From: an uncultured Candidatus Saccharibacteria bacterium
GTDB lineage: Bacteria; Patescibacteriota; Minisyncoccia; Phycocordibacterales; PALSA-1337
Direction: 5' to 3'
NCBI GenBank assembly: GCA_964529025.1
Contig: CAZGUZ010000004.1
Coordinates: 4,805 to 68,804, forward strand
Length of the DNA: 64,000 bases
Shown: positions 1 to 9,284 of the stretch, piece by piece
Numbering within the stretch: the first letter of the stretch is position 1
Layout of the letters: the number at the start of each line of letters is the position of its first letter
Program-made: the position numbers and the translations under genes
The notes under the pieces: generated by a model
What the model saw: the letters and a program-made list of their open reading frames with translations, nothing else
The model's database searches: none
What the model was told of the DNA's origin: nothing

Positions 1-1
1 G

Positions 2-202
2 AAAAATTATATTAGCATGTATGTTTGCTCAATAATTAATGGACAATATGTTGCTGAGAAATACGAAAAAGAGCTTGGTAAGGTGAGTGTCGGCAAAAGC
101 TGCATCCGATTCAATAAGGTCGAGGATATTAATTTGCCGGTCTTGAAAAAGGTAATTAAAGAGGCGGCGAAACGACCCGGTTTAGTTATGGATAAAAGGT
201 AA
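2..202 (+). CDS. DUF1801/YdhG-like protein, 5'-partial
   Basis: Frame is open from the window edge (KNYISMYVC...GKSCIRF..EDINL.VLKKVI), matching the C-terminal half of DUF1801 proteins. Confidence 0.7.
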   Translation, partial: KNYISMYVCSIINGQYVAEKYEKELGKVSVGKSCIRFNKVEDINLPVLKKVIKEAAKRPGLVMDKR

Positions 203-224
203 AAAATGATATAAGATAAATACT

Positions 225-425
225 ATGAAAACATTAAAATGCGACATGTGTGATCACGAGGAGAGTGCGGAAACGTTCGAGGAGTGGATGAACAAGCTAA
301 AGCCACATTGGGGATCTGCTCATGCGGAGGACATGAAAAAACACATGAATTTGCCGCCAGAAGAGCAAAAAGCACTCATGCAAAAGTGGATGGCCGACAA
401 CAAAGCTCGTTTTGACGTGGCATAA
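225..425 (+). CDS. Small DUF1059-like metal-binding protein
   Basis: MKTLKCDMCD...H...H pattern, 66 aa, operonic spacing. Confidence 0.55.
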   Translation: MKTLKCDMCDHEESAETFEEWMNKLKPHWGSAHAEDMKKHMNLPPEEQKALMQKWMADNKARFDVA

Positions 426-444
426 AATTAGAAACAATTTCAAT

Positions 445-753
445 ATGAATAAAAACGTTATTGTAGAAATCGCACAATTCAAACTTGTAGCAGGCGTAAG
501 CGAGAAAGATTTTTTGCAAGAAGCCGAAGTGGTGCAAAATAATTTTCTTGAAAAGCAAAGCGGCTACATAGACCGCGAGCTTCTAAAAGACAAAGATGGT
601 CAATGGGTGGATATTCTCCACTGGAACTCAATGGAAGAAGCGCAGAAAGCTGCCGAAGTGATGATAAGCGATCCCGCAACACAGGACTTCATGCAAAAAA
701 TCGACCCCTCAAGCGTCAAGATGTTGCATTTGGAAATTGTAAAGAAGTATTAA
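445..753 (+). CDS. ABM/dimeric alpha-beta barrel family protein
   Basis: ATG at 445; VEIAQFKL...FLEKQSGYIDRELL...WVDILHWNSMEEA pattern. Confidence 0.6.
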   Translation: MNKNVIVEIAQFKLVAGVSEKDFLQEAEVVQNNFLEKQSGYIDRELLKDKDGQWVDILHWNSMEEAQKAAEVMISDPATQDFMQKIDPSSVKMLHLEIVKKY

Positions 754-769
754 CTTACAAATTACAAGG

Positions 770-1350
770 GAGCAACCCTCGCCGTTTTATAATGTTTGCT
801 AAAAACGGCGGGGACTTGTGCGCGCACTGGGCGGGTGGGGCAAGCACAAAGAGTTACCACGAACACCGCCGAAGCCACAGAGCGAACACGAAGCAACACC
901 GAGCAGGCATCGTGAGCGGAGCGAGCGACCAGTGAGAGGTGCTTGCGAAGTGCTTGCGAAGTGTGAGCGGACTACCGAACTACCACAGAACGCGGAGACG
1001 GGAGCGCCTCGGGCCGACGCAAACGACGGAGAAAAGGCGGGCGTAAAACTGGCAAAAATGCTAAACTACACTTATAAGCCTTTTTGGAGGAGTGAAGCGG
1101 CGGCGGCAAAACCAAAAATTTCCTTCCTTTCAAATGTTCCGCTTCGCGGCGGGGGGTGTGGGGGGAGCCGCAAATAAAAATGATAGGAAATTTTTGGGTT
1201 TTGCCCCGCGCGAGCTTGTCGAGCGCGGCCGAGGCGCAAGTATCATTCGTCAAAATCCTGCGGATTTTGCCCGAAATACATTCGAACTTCGTCCAATACA
1301 CACCGCAATGATCAGAGAAGACGGCTTAATGCCGTCTGAGCTGAGCATTA
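770..1350. other. GC-rich non-coding structured segment, probably the end of an integrated element
   Basis: Abrupt GC rise; hairpins at 776-813, 1251-1269 and 1307-1349; tandem GTGCTTGCGAA x2 (939-960); G-run GGGGGGTGTGGGGGG; overlapping ORFs look non-protein-like. Confidence 0.45.
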
Positions 1351-1352
1351 AC

Positions 1353-1456
1353 GCGCGAGAAAGTGAGATTCGAAAGCCGGAGCGCGACGGCGCGAGGCGG
1401 GGTCGCAGGCCGAACCAGTAGGTGAGGACCTGTGACCGAATCTCCCTCTCTCCGCC
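1353..1456 (+). repeat. tRNA-3'-end-armed structured element, copy A (tRNA-Ser-like arms)
   Basis: GCGCGAGAAAGTGAGATTCGAA-AGCCGGA-[GCGCGACGGCGCG]-AGGCGGGGTCGC-[stem-loop]-GTGACC-GAATCTCCCTCTCTCCGCC; outer arms are an imperfect inverted repeat. Confidence 0.8.
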
Positions 1457-1547
1457 GTGACAATAAAGTATCAGAGTTTACCTGTGTGCTTATGTAGGCA
1501 GTCTGACCCGAATACTTAAATATAGTGACCTAGGCTATAATGAACCT

Positions 1548-2057
1548 ATGAACAAGAATATAATTATTACCGTTCAAGCATTGGCACTTTGTTTTGTTGG
1601 GTACTTCATATTTCAAAATACACAAAACTCTGTTAATGCAAATCTAACTCAAGTCGGCGGTATTGATTGGAATAAGCCCTTTGAAAAGAATCTTGCGCTA
1701 GAGGATATCTATAATAAATCGGATAAAACCATCTCACATCATACTCTTTGTATACCTGTTAAAAAATTTCACTGCGATGCTAGTTCTTGCGAAAGTACTG
1801 ATCCTAAAGTTTTTAATTTAATTAGTGGTAATAGAGAGAATCTTATTGTTTCTCGTTGTGATGCTAACGGGTGTGATACCTATAAGTCAGTTTTTAATGA
1901 TTCGGGTGAGTATAAAAATATTCAACCTATAGATCCAAAGGGATTTTTATTCAAAATGTCCTACAATACTGTCGACAAAAAATTTATAGAGATTACAACT
2001 CTTGGGCTAGATACTTTTGTATCATATGGTTATTGTTTATATAAAAAAGAATTTTGA
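1548..2057 (+). CDS. Hypothetical membrane-anchored/secreted Cys-containing protein
   Basis: N-terminal TM helix, 6 Cys in the soluble part, AT-rich; TATAAT 6 nt upstream of ATG. Confidence 0.65.
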   Translation: MNKNIIITVQALALCFVGYFIFQNTQNSVNANLTQVGGIDWNKPFEKNLALEDIYNKSDKTISHHTLCIPVKKFHCDASSCESTDPKVFNLISGNRENLIVSRCDANGCDTYKSVFNDSGEYKNIQPIDPKGFLFKMSYNTVDKKFIEITTLGLDTFVSYGYCLYKKEF

Positions 2058-2209
2058 ACAAATAATAATCTTGATCCACGTGCCTCATATTGGATAGTTT
2101 AAACATGCTAAGATAATCTTACAAAGATTAAGAAATTTGGTGCTTAAACCACATGGCCTGCAACAACTGCTCGAATCGAGCACGTCTCAGCGGGAGTAGG
2201 TGTTAAATA

Positions 2210-2305
2210 CGAGAAGGTGAGATTCGAAAGCCGGAGCGCGACAGCGCGAGGCGGGGCCGCGGGCGAATGCACCAGCGCAAGGCTCGTGACCAAATCCTCC
2301 TCTTT
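2210..2305 (+). repeat. tRNA-3'-end-armed structured element, copy B
   Basis: CGAGAAGGTGAGATTCGAA-AGCCGGA-GCGCGACAGCGCG-AGGCGGGGCCGC-[stem-loop]-GTGACC-AAATCCTCC; first ~50 nt near-identical to copy A. Confidence 0.8.
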
Positions 2306-2341
2306 AGTGTATGTAGAATTGGTATAATGTACCCATCAATT

Positions 2342-2899
2342 ATGGAAAAATATCTACCTGAAAACCTGCCAAATATTTCTGAAATAATAAAGGACAATCC
2401 TTCAATTGAAAAAATTGCAAAGTTTTGTAATAAAAGAGAGTTTATTCCTGTTAGGCTTGGTATTGTTTCGCAGCCACAAACGCACTCTAACGTAAGTATT
2501 TATGGCCGTTTTGTTATTGTAAAGCAGAACGTAATTGATAACTTGAAAAATAAAAATAAAAATAAAAATAAAAATAAAAATCCAAAGCCAGAAATTAAAC
2601 AAGATTTTATTGCGTACAATAGAGTAACCGGAGAGGCTGTTTATTACTCAGGTGGTTCTAAAAAAAATGTCAGTCAACATAAAAGTATAGACTCTTTTTG
2701 TAAGGAGTATGGAAAAAAGCAGGATGGTAGCATGGGTCAATATGAATGCTACATCTGCCCAGGGTCTTCAAAAGTAGTAAGATATGAGACAAGACACCAC
2801 TGGTATAAAGACGAGAATGATAAAGAGCTTCCTAAAGAACAAATATTTAGAAAAGAAATTGCAGAAGTGATTAAGAAATTTCGAGCTAAAATTCTGTAA
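2342..2899 (+). CDS. Hypothetical protein with (KN)6 tract
   Basis: AT-rich ORF; start probably ATG 2342 (or 2328 region) after TATAAT; the track's 5' extension runs into copy B. Confidence 0.55.
   Translation: MEKYLPENLPNISEIIKDNPSIEKIAKFCNKREFIPVRLGIVSQPQTHSNVSIYGRFVIVKQNVIDNLKNKNKNKNKNKNPKPEIKQDFIAYNRVTGEAVYYSGGSKKNVSQHKSIDSFCKEYGKKQDGSMGQYECYICPGSSKVVRYETRHHWYKDENDKELPKEQIFRKEIAEVIKKFRAKIL
2546..2581 (+). repeat. (AAAAAT)6 in-frame microsatellite
   Basis: Six perfect hexamer units encoding KNKNKNKNKNKN. Confidence 0.95.
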
Positions 2900-2940
2900 A
2901 AATTTTCTGAACGGCAAAGTCTAATTTGGTAAACATCTCC

Positions 2941-3690
2941 ATGAAAACTCCAATAAACCCACAAACCGGAAGAATATCAATTACTGACATGTTCGGCAAA
3001 GAGCTGGCAGTGCTCTTGTCGAATAAAATTGTTTCTGTGTATAAAGACTTTCCAACCAAAGCATTTTGTACAAGCGTGGGGCATCAAGTTGTCGGTAAGA
3101 GCTATACTCAACGTGTTGAAATCATTGCAGACAATTTAAAAAAGTATTTACCAGATCAGTACGAAGAAGCCGTTTCAATTCTTTCGCAAATACTTGGCCC
3201 AGAAAATACACAAGAAACGGGTATGTTTACACATTTCTATTGGCTCATGCCCGTCGGTAAATTTGTTGAAAAGTATGGACTCGAATACTTTGAGCTTTCA
3301 ATCAAACTGATTGAAGAAATTACCAAAAGAAATACGGGTGAATATGCCATTCGGCCATATGCCCGCAAGTATCCAAGTAAAATACTTGCTGTGTGTGTTT
3401 CATGGGCGCAGAGTGATAATTTTCATTTACGCAGACTTGCTTCTGAAGGGTTACGACCAAAACTGCCTTGGGCAACAAAACTTGATGTATGGAACGATAA
3501 TCCAAAACCAGTATTTGAAATTCTCGAACTACTTAAAGGTGACAGTATTAAATTTGTGAAAAAGTCAGTTGCCAATCATATGCGCGACTGGATAAAGGTT
3601 AATCCTCAAGCTGCGCATAAAATTTTACGCACCTGGGCAAAGTCAAAGAATGAACATACACAGTGGATCGTTAAGTACTCACAAAGGTAA
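2941..3690 (+). CDS. DNA alkylation repair protein (AlkC/YhaZ-like HEAT-repeat glycosylase family)
   Basis: EITKRNTGEYAIRPY, HLRRLASEGLRPKLPW and FVKKSVANHMRD motifs. Confidence 0.8.
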   Translation: MKTPINPQTGRISITDMFGKELAVLLSNKIVSVYKDFPTKAFCTSVGHQVVGKSYTQRVEIIADNLKKYLPDQYEEAVSILSQILGPENTQETGMFTHFYWLMPVGKFVEKYGLEYFELSIKLIEEITKRNTGEYAIRPYARKYPSKILAVCVSWAQSDNFHLRRLASEGLRPKLPWATKLDVWNDNPKPVFEILELLKGDSIKFVKKSVANHMRDWIKVNPQAAHKILRTWAKSKNEHTQWIVKYSQR

Positions 3691-5154
3691 ACACTCAAGG
3701 CCTTTAAGAATAGTGTGCGCAGATTTTCGCAGTTCGACAAGTCGCTCGTGGGGAATCTTCTTATAATTTGCTTCAATAAAGCCTAAGCGACCCTCGGTTG
3801 CTAGTTTTGTATGATGAGTATCAATAAAGTTCCAAAAGAGGGTGTCGATGGTGGTGCACCATTCGCCCCGTTTAAAGTAGCTCATTTTAAGAATATAATT
3901 TGATCCTGCTATATATGGTTTTGTTGTAATAAGGCCACCATCCGCATAGAGTGCCATACTATATACATTTGCCACCATTACCCAATCGTATGCATCAATG
4001 TACATTTCCATAAACCAGTGATATGCCTGGTGGGGCTCTATTCCACAAAGATTCATAAAGTTTCCGAATATCATGAGTCGGGGTATATGGTGAGTGTATG
4101 CAAATTTAGAAAGTATATGTACGTGATGATCGATAGGCTCGATATGTGTTGTTCCTGACCACAAAGATTTGGGTAAATTATTGTGTGCATTAAAATAATT
4201 TCCTGAGCGAAGAGTGTTGCCTTCAAGCACATAGAGGGCTCGTATATATTCTCTCCAGCCAATAATCTGGCGAATAAAACCTTCAAGCGATGCTAATGGT
4301 ATTGAAGCCTGAGAGCAATATGCCAGAGTGTATTCAATAACCTGGTGGGGAGTAATGAGTCCACAATTAAGGAGTGGTGATATCGTACTATGAAAAACTG
4401 TGGGAGAACTAGTCGTCATTGCATCTTCATAGGGGCCAAAGTCATGGAGTCTATACTCAACAAAGCTACACATATGCTTGTATGCATCTGCATGTGTAAT
4501 GGGGCACCAAAATTCTTCGGTCTCGCCAAAGTTTTGTGCAAAGTTTTTTTCGACATAGTCTCGAGCTTCATTGATATAGGGCGATGTCTGTCGCACAAAA
4601 GTCTGTGGAATTGTATGGTCGCGTGGCAACTTTTTTCTGTTATCAGCATCATAGCTCCAAGAACCTCCTAAAGGTTTATCTTGCGTAACTAAAATATTGA
4701 GTCGCTTTCGCTGCCAAATATAAAAGTCCTGCATGCTATATTTTCGACGCAAATGATTTCGCTCTGCAAAAAAGTTTTTAAACTCTTGCTCGGGCGTAAT
4801 GAACATGGGGCTTTCAAGAACATTAAATGGAATTGAAAGGGAATTAAGCTTTTCAATAGTTCGCTTATTGAGCCAATTATCAGTTGGATCGTACCATGTA
4901 ACGTGGTTCACTGATTTTTCTGTAAAAGGTATTTTTTGGGTATATTCAATATAGCAAACATTAATGTTGTTATTCACTAAATAATCAAAGTATGCACGCA
5001 TGCTTGCTCGATGGAGTATAAGTTTTTGCTTATGAAACTTAAACTCCGAAAAGAAGAGTGGATCTTCGACAATAAAAACAATATCAGCATGTGCCAAAGG
5101 CGCAATGTCTTTAAAGAGCTGGTGCGGGAACACAATAAAAGCTTTTGTTTGCAT
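3679..5154 (-). CDS. Cryptochrome/photolyase family protein (PhrB/BCP-like (6-4) photolyase)
   Basis: FPHQLF, HKQKLILHRASMR, GGSWSYDADNRK, FGPYEDAM, EGFIRQIIGWREY, HHIPRLM, DAYDWVM, TKPYIAGSNYILKMS motifs. Confidence 0.9.
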   Translation of the reverse strand: MQTKAFIVFPHQLFKDIAPLAHADIVFIVEDPLFFSEFKFHKQKLILHRASMRAYFDYLVNNNINVCYIEYTQKIPFTEKSVNHVTWYDPTDNWLNKRTIEKLNSLSIPFNVLESPMFITPEQEFKNFFAERNHLRRKYSMQDFYIWQRKRLNILVTQDKPLGGSWSYDADNRKKLPRDHTIPQTFVRQTSPYINEARDYVEKNFAQNFGETEEFWCPITHADAYKHMCSFVEYRLHDFGPYEDAMTTSSPTVFHSTISPLLNCGLITPHQVIEYTLAYCSQASIPLASLEGFIRQIIGWREYIRALYVLEGNTLRSGNYFNAHNNLPKSLWSGTTHIEPIDHHVHILSKFAYTHHIPRLMIFGNFMNLCGIEPHQAYHWFMEMYIDAYDWVMVANVYSMALYADGGLITTKPYIAGSNYILKMSYFKRGEWCTTIDTLFWNFIDTHHTKLATEGRLGFIEANYKKIPHERLVELRKSAHTILKGLECLPL

Positions 5155-5361
5155 ACTATTTTGTAATATCAAGAGCGACGCGTATGGCTGGCTTTGAAAA
5201 CTTAAAACCGGAACCTCCTGTAATAGCTATTTTCATACAAATAGTATACAGCATGTTGTGCGTCACTAGCCTCATAATATATGAAGGTGTTCATATGTTG
5301 ATGCAGCAAACGCATATGTGCCCAAGAATTAACTTTTGATATACTAGTTCTACATACAACA

Positions 5362-5841
5362 ATGTCACAAGAGCAATCACAACAGCAGCAAGCTGAACAA
5401 TTACGCCCCAAAGTAGGCCTCGGTGTCTTTATTGTTAAAGACGGAAAAGTTCTTGTCGGAAAACGAAAAAGTAGCCATGGTGATGGCGAATACTCCCTTC
5501 CGGGCGGCCACCTTGAATACATGGAATCATTTGCTGACTGCGCTCGCAGAGAAGTGCTCGAAGAAACTGGTATAGAAATTACCGATATTGAGCATATGTG
5601 CACTATTAACTTAACGGCATATGCACCTCGTCATTATGTGGCAATTTGTATGCGTGCGACCTGGCTTCGTGGTGAACCGCAGGTACTTGAGCCCGACAGA
5701 ACACATGACTGGATATGGTGTGATATCGATGCTATACCACAACCTCATTACCGTGCTTTAACGCACTATATCGAAGCATATACAACAGGTCGGACCTGTT
5801 TTGATACACAAAGCACGACTAGCCCTTTCGAGAACAAATAA
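5362..5841 (+). CDS. Nudix hydrolase (MutT/NUDT15-like)
   Basis: Nudix box GGHLEYMESFADCARREVLEETG. Confidence 0.9.
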   Translation: MSQEQSQQQQAEQLRPKVGLGVFIVKDGKVLVGKRKSSHGDGEYSLPGGHLEYMESFADCARREVLEETGIEITDIEHMCTINLTAYAPRHYVAICMRATWLRGEPQVLEPDRTHDWIWCDIDAIPQPHYRALTHYIEAYTTGRTCFDTQSTTSPFENK

Positions 5842-6865
5842 TAATGTAAGTTACCAAACGAGAATCAGCCGATGTGGTGATAGTAATAGGGTAAGTGGCA
5901 ATAATAGTGAATTGTGATGATTCAAGAGCAAGCTTAAATGTTGCGAGTTCACTTGTATAGGCAATAAGTTTACCGCCAGTGTTTAAATGCTGTTCGGCAT
6001 ATGCAATAAATTCTGTATAAAGTTTTGTAAGGTTGATTCCCTTAGCAATCTTCATACCAAAAGGTAGGTCGGACGTAATAATATCAAAGTTTCCAAAATC
6101 AGGGCGAGCAAAAATATCAGCAACTTTAATTGTTATATTCTTAATGAAGCCAGCATTCTGAATATTGCGTATTGCTCGTGTAGCAGCTTCATTTGAATGG
6201 TCAAAGCCAACATAGTTTAAGCGAGGGTTAATTTGAGCGGCTTCAATAAGGAGTGTTCCGCTGCCAGAAAATATATTCAAATATGATTTTGCTTTAAATA
6301 ATCCGCAAAGACTGTTAATTGCATAAGCAATTGTAGGGTTAAGGCTGCCTTCGCTATGGTTTGTTTTATATCCACGCACAGAAAGCGGTCGAGGGGTCAT
6401 TTGCACTGAAAGCTCCCAATCGTACCCTGGTCGAGCAATTACAATTTTAAGATCAGCTTCTTCTGCCTCGGTGAGCTTATAGGTGCTTTCAATATACTTT
6501 TTAAGCGCAGTTACCGCCTTTGAATCTGAACCAGCACAGCTAATTTTATAGGTTGCAAATTCTCTTGGTTGTGATGATTCATGGAGAACGGTAAAAATAA
6601 GATCACCAAGAAGCGATTTGTGATTTGAAAGATAGTAGGGGTTAAGATGTGTACCTCGGCGCATTAAGCGTATACGAGCAACACTTTTAAGGTTTCTGAG
6701 TGTACTGAATGTTGAAGAACAATCAACAGTTATGCTTTCTTCGCCCGAAGCATCGAGAACTTTAATATCAGAATGTTGAGCCAATTCTTGCACAACAATT
6801 TCTTTAAGACCCTTAAGAAAGTCGAGGGTAATATAGGTAGGTGAGAGGAATTTCTGAGTGCTCAT
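5819..6865 (-). CDS. Putative RNA methyltransferase (UPF0020/Trm14-RlmL-like)
   Basis: LSVRGYK..SLNPTIA, FSGSGTLLIEAA and SDLPFG motifs. Confidence 0.8.
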   Translation of the reverse strand: MSTQKFLSPTYITLDFLKGLKEIVVQELAQHSDIKVLDASGEESITVDCSSTFSTLRNLKSVARIRLMRRGTHLNPYYLSNHKSLLGDLIFTVLHESSQPREFATYKISCAGSDSKAVTALKKYIESTYKLTEAEEADLKIVIARPGYDWELSVQMTPRPLSVRGYKTNHSEGSLNPTIAYAINSLCGLFKAKSYLNIFSGSGTLLIEAAQINPRLNYVGFDHSNEAATRAIRNIQNAGFIKNITIKVADIFARPDFGNFDIITSDLPFGMKIAKGINLTKLYTEFIAYAEQHLNTGGKLIAYTSELATFKLALESSQFTIIATYPITITTSADSRLVTYIIICSRKG

Positions 6866-6933
6866 ATGATATATAATAATATCATAAAATATGAGCGAAG
6901 TAAAGGCTTTTTGTGTCCCACGAGTATCAGGAT

Positions 6934-7869
6934 TTACTGTGTTGCAATGTGAACGTATATATCTTCGAGTGCTTTTACAGCGTCACCTGCTGCAATGTTG
7001 TTTTGATGATAGAGTCCGTCAGTACAATCGCCAGCTGCCCAGATTCCTTTGCATGATGTGGCTTGCGTGCGAGGGTTAACAACAATAGTTCCTACAGGTG
7101 TAAGTTCTACAAGATCTTTGACAAAATAAGTTACAGGTAAAGCACCGATTTCGATAAAGATTCCTGTTGTTGGTATATGTACGATTTTGCCAGATTCTGC
7201 GTTTTTATATGAAATTCCTTCAACAAAACTTGAACCGTGTACTTCGTGAGGAATTGCATTGGTAATAACTGTAAGTTTTGGGTTTTGAGAAAGCTTTTCT
7301 ACAGTAACTGGATCGGCCTTAAATGCTGTACTGCGATTAAGGAGGGTTACACTTTTACAATATGCTAAAAGTTGAGCGGCGCTTTCAAAAGCGGCGTTTC
7401 CACCACCAACTACTACAACATCTTGATCAGCAAAGAGGGGACCGTCGCATGTTGCACAATATGTAAGGCCTTTGTGTTCAAGTTTATCTGCTCCAGGAAC
7501 CTCAAGTTTGCGGCGTGAGCTACCTGTAGTCACTAAAACAGTTTTTGTAGTGTATACGAGCTTTTCAGAGCCTTTAGAGGTAGTTACAGTAAAAGTCCCA
7601 TCTGCATTTTTGGCTACAGTTGAGCATGATTCACCCGTATGAATATCGACAGTTGTGCCCGCATATGCGCGCAAATGTGATTCAAGAGATTTTGATAGAT
7701 CAGTACCACTAATTTTTACCGTACCAATCCAGTTTTCAACACCATCAGAAACTGAACTTTGACCAAGAAAGTCTTTGGTAATAAAAAGTGTACGAAGTTT
7801 TTTTCGCGAAGCATAGACTCCGGCTGCAACACCCGCAGGACCACCACCAATAATTGTTAAATCATACAT
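6934..7869 (-). CDS. trxB: Thioredoxin reductase-family FAD oxidoreductase
   Basis: GGGPAG, CATCDG, VGGGNAA and AAGD motifs. Confidence 0.88.
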   Translation of the reverse strand: MYDLTIIGGGPAGVAAGVYASRKKLRTLFITKDFLGQSSVSDGVENWIGTVKISGTDLSKSLESHLRAYAGTTVDIHTGESCSTVAKNADGTFTVTTSKGSEKLVYTTKTVLVTTGSSRRKLEVPGADKLEHKGLTYCATCDGPLFADQDVVVVGGGNAAFESAAQLLAYCKSVTLLNRSTAFKADPVTVEKLSQNPKLTVITNAIPHEVHGSSFVEGISYKNAESGKIVHIPTTGIFIEIGALPVTYFVKDLVELTPVGTIVVNPRTQATSCKGIWAAGDCTDGLYHQNNIAAGDAVKALEDIYVHIATQ

Positions 7870-7904
7870 AATTGTGTGTTCTGCGAATGTATCGCTTATG
7901 ATAA

Positions 7905-9203
7905 TTACTTAATCTTTGAACGTCGAAGAAAAGCGGGAACTGCACCCCATTCATCGTCATCGTTATCAGAAGAATCCCTATCATCCTTAACTGGAGCTGT
8001 AACAGGCTTAATATCGTCAGACTTTGGCGCTTGTGGCATCGAAGGCGCTGAATTTGAAAGGGAATTAAAGATTCGGCCGCGTGGTTTTTCTTCTACCTTG
8101 GGAGCTTGTTCTGGAGCACGGCGATCTTCAATACGTGGTTCACGCAAATCACTACGAACATCAGAACGATTTTCAGAAAGTGGTTGTGGCTTGCGCTGTA
8201 AAATAGTTGCTTGAAGTGGGGGAGTTGGTCCACCTGTTGGCTGCTGACCTTCGGGGAAACCAGAAGCAATAACTGTTATGCGAATCTCATTCTTTTTGAG
8301 TTTTTCATCACGAGAAGTACCAAAGATAACCTTAGCTTGAGGATCAATTGATTCGGTAATAACCTTAGCGGCATCTTGGATTTCGAACATGGTCAAATCT
8401 TCGCCACCAGCAATAGAGAAGAGAACACCCTTTGCCCCTGTAATTGATAGGCCGAGTAGGGGTGAGTTAATTGCCATTTTAGCAGCTTCAATAGCGCGGT
8501 TTTCGCCCGAAGCATGACCAACACCCATAAGAGCTGGGCCAGAGTTTTCAAGAACTGCTCGAATGTCAGCAAAGTCAATGTTAATGATACCTGGTGTTGT
8601 AATAAGGTCAGAAATACCCTCGACAGCTTGGCGAAGTACTTCATTACACATAGCAAAAGCATTTTTTGAAGTAGTTGTTTTGTCGATTGTAGAAAGAAGG
8701 CGGTCGTTAGAGATAACGATAATGGCATCAACTTCTTTGCGGAGTTCTTCGAGAGCGTTTTCGGCAATTCGTGAGCGCTGGGGACCCTCGAAAAAGAAAG
8801 GCTTAGTTACAACAGCAACAGTAAGAGCCCCGAGCTCTTTTGCAGTACGGGCAACAACAGGACTTGCTCCACTGCAGGTACCACCACCCAAACCACCAGC
8901 AATAAATACCATGTCAGAACCTTTAATGGCTTCTTGAACTTCATCACGAGTTTCTTCGATAGCGCGGCGGCCCATATCAGGATTCATTCCTGTGCCAAGA
9001 CCACGGGTAAGATTTTTACCAATGTGAATTTTCTTTTTTGCAAGAGAATTATGAAGATCCTGAGCGTCAGTGTTGATTACGATAAAATCAACGCCTTTAA
9101 CCTTAGAGCTGATCATATGATTAACTGCGTTTCGGCCTGAACCTCCGCAACCAATAACTTTTATTCGGGCAAATGCTTCAATTTCGGGGATGATGTTTGG
9201 CAT
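7905..9203 (-). CDS. ftsZ: Cell division protein FtsZ
   Basis: NTDAQDL, GGLGGGTCSG tubulin motif, INIDFAD, C-terminal VPAFLRR. Confidence 0.98.
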   Translation of the reverse strand: MPNIIPEIEAFARIKVIGCGGSGRNAVNHMISSKVKGVDFIVINTDAQDLHNSLAKKKIHIGKNLTRGLGTGMNPDMGRRAIEETRDEVQEAIKGSDMVFIAGGLGGGTCSGASPVVARTAKELGALTVAVVTKPFFFEGPQRSRIAENALEELRKEVDAIIVISNDRLLSTIDKTTTSKNAFAMCNEVLRQAVEGISDLITTPGIINIDFADIRAVLENSGPALMGVGHASGENRAIEAAKMAINSPLLGLSITGAKGVLFSIAGGEDLTMFEIQDAAKVITESIDPQAKVIFGTSRDEKLKKNEIRITVIASGFPEGQQPTGGPTPPLQATILQRKPQPLSENRSDVRSDLREPRIEDRRAPEQAPKVEEKPRGRIFNSLSNSAPSMPQAPKSDDIKPVTAPVKDDRDSSDNDDDEWGAVPAFLRRSKIK

Positions 9204-9284
9204 GTGGGTAATAAGATATTCATAATTCTACCAAATACAATGAGGTGAACGCAATGCCACACACGAGCACTCTGTGTTCTGGTA

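Noticed and set aside
603-1421. ORFs 603..935, 818..1177, 972..1301 and 1092..1421
   Set aside because: They overlap each other, have Arg/Ala/Pro-rich shadow composition and lie in a GC-rich structured non-coding block and element A.
1353-2305. Elements A and B as CRISPR repeats or as intact tRNA-Ser genes
   Set aside because: Only two copies ~850 bp apart with no cas genes; no D-arm or anticodon arm can be folded.
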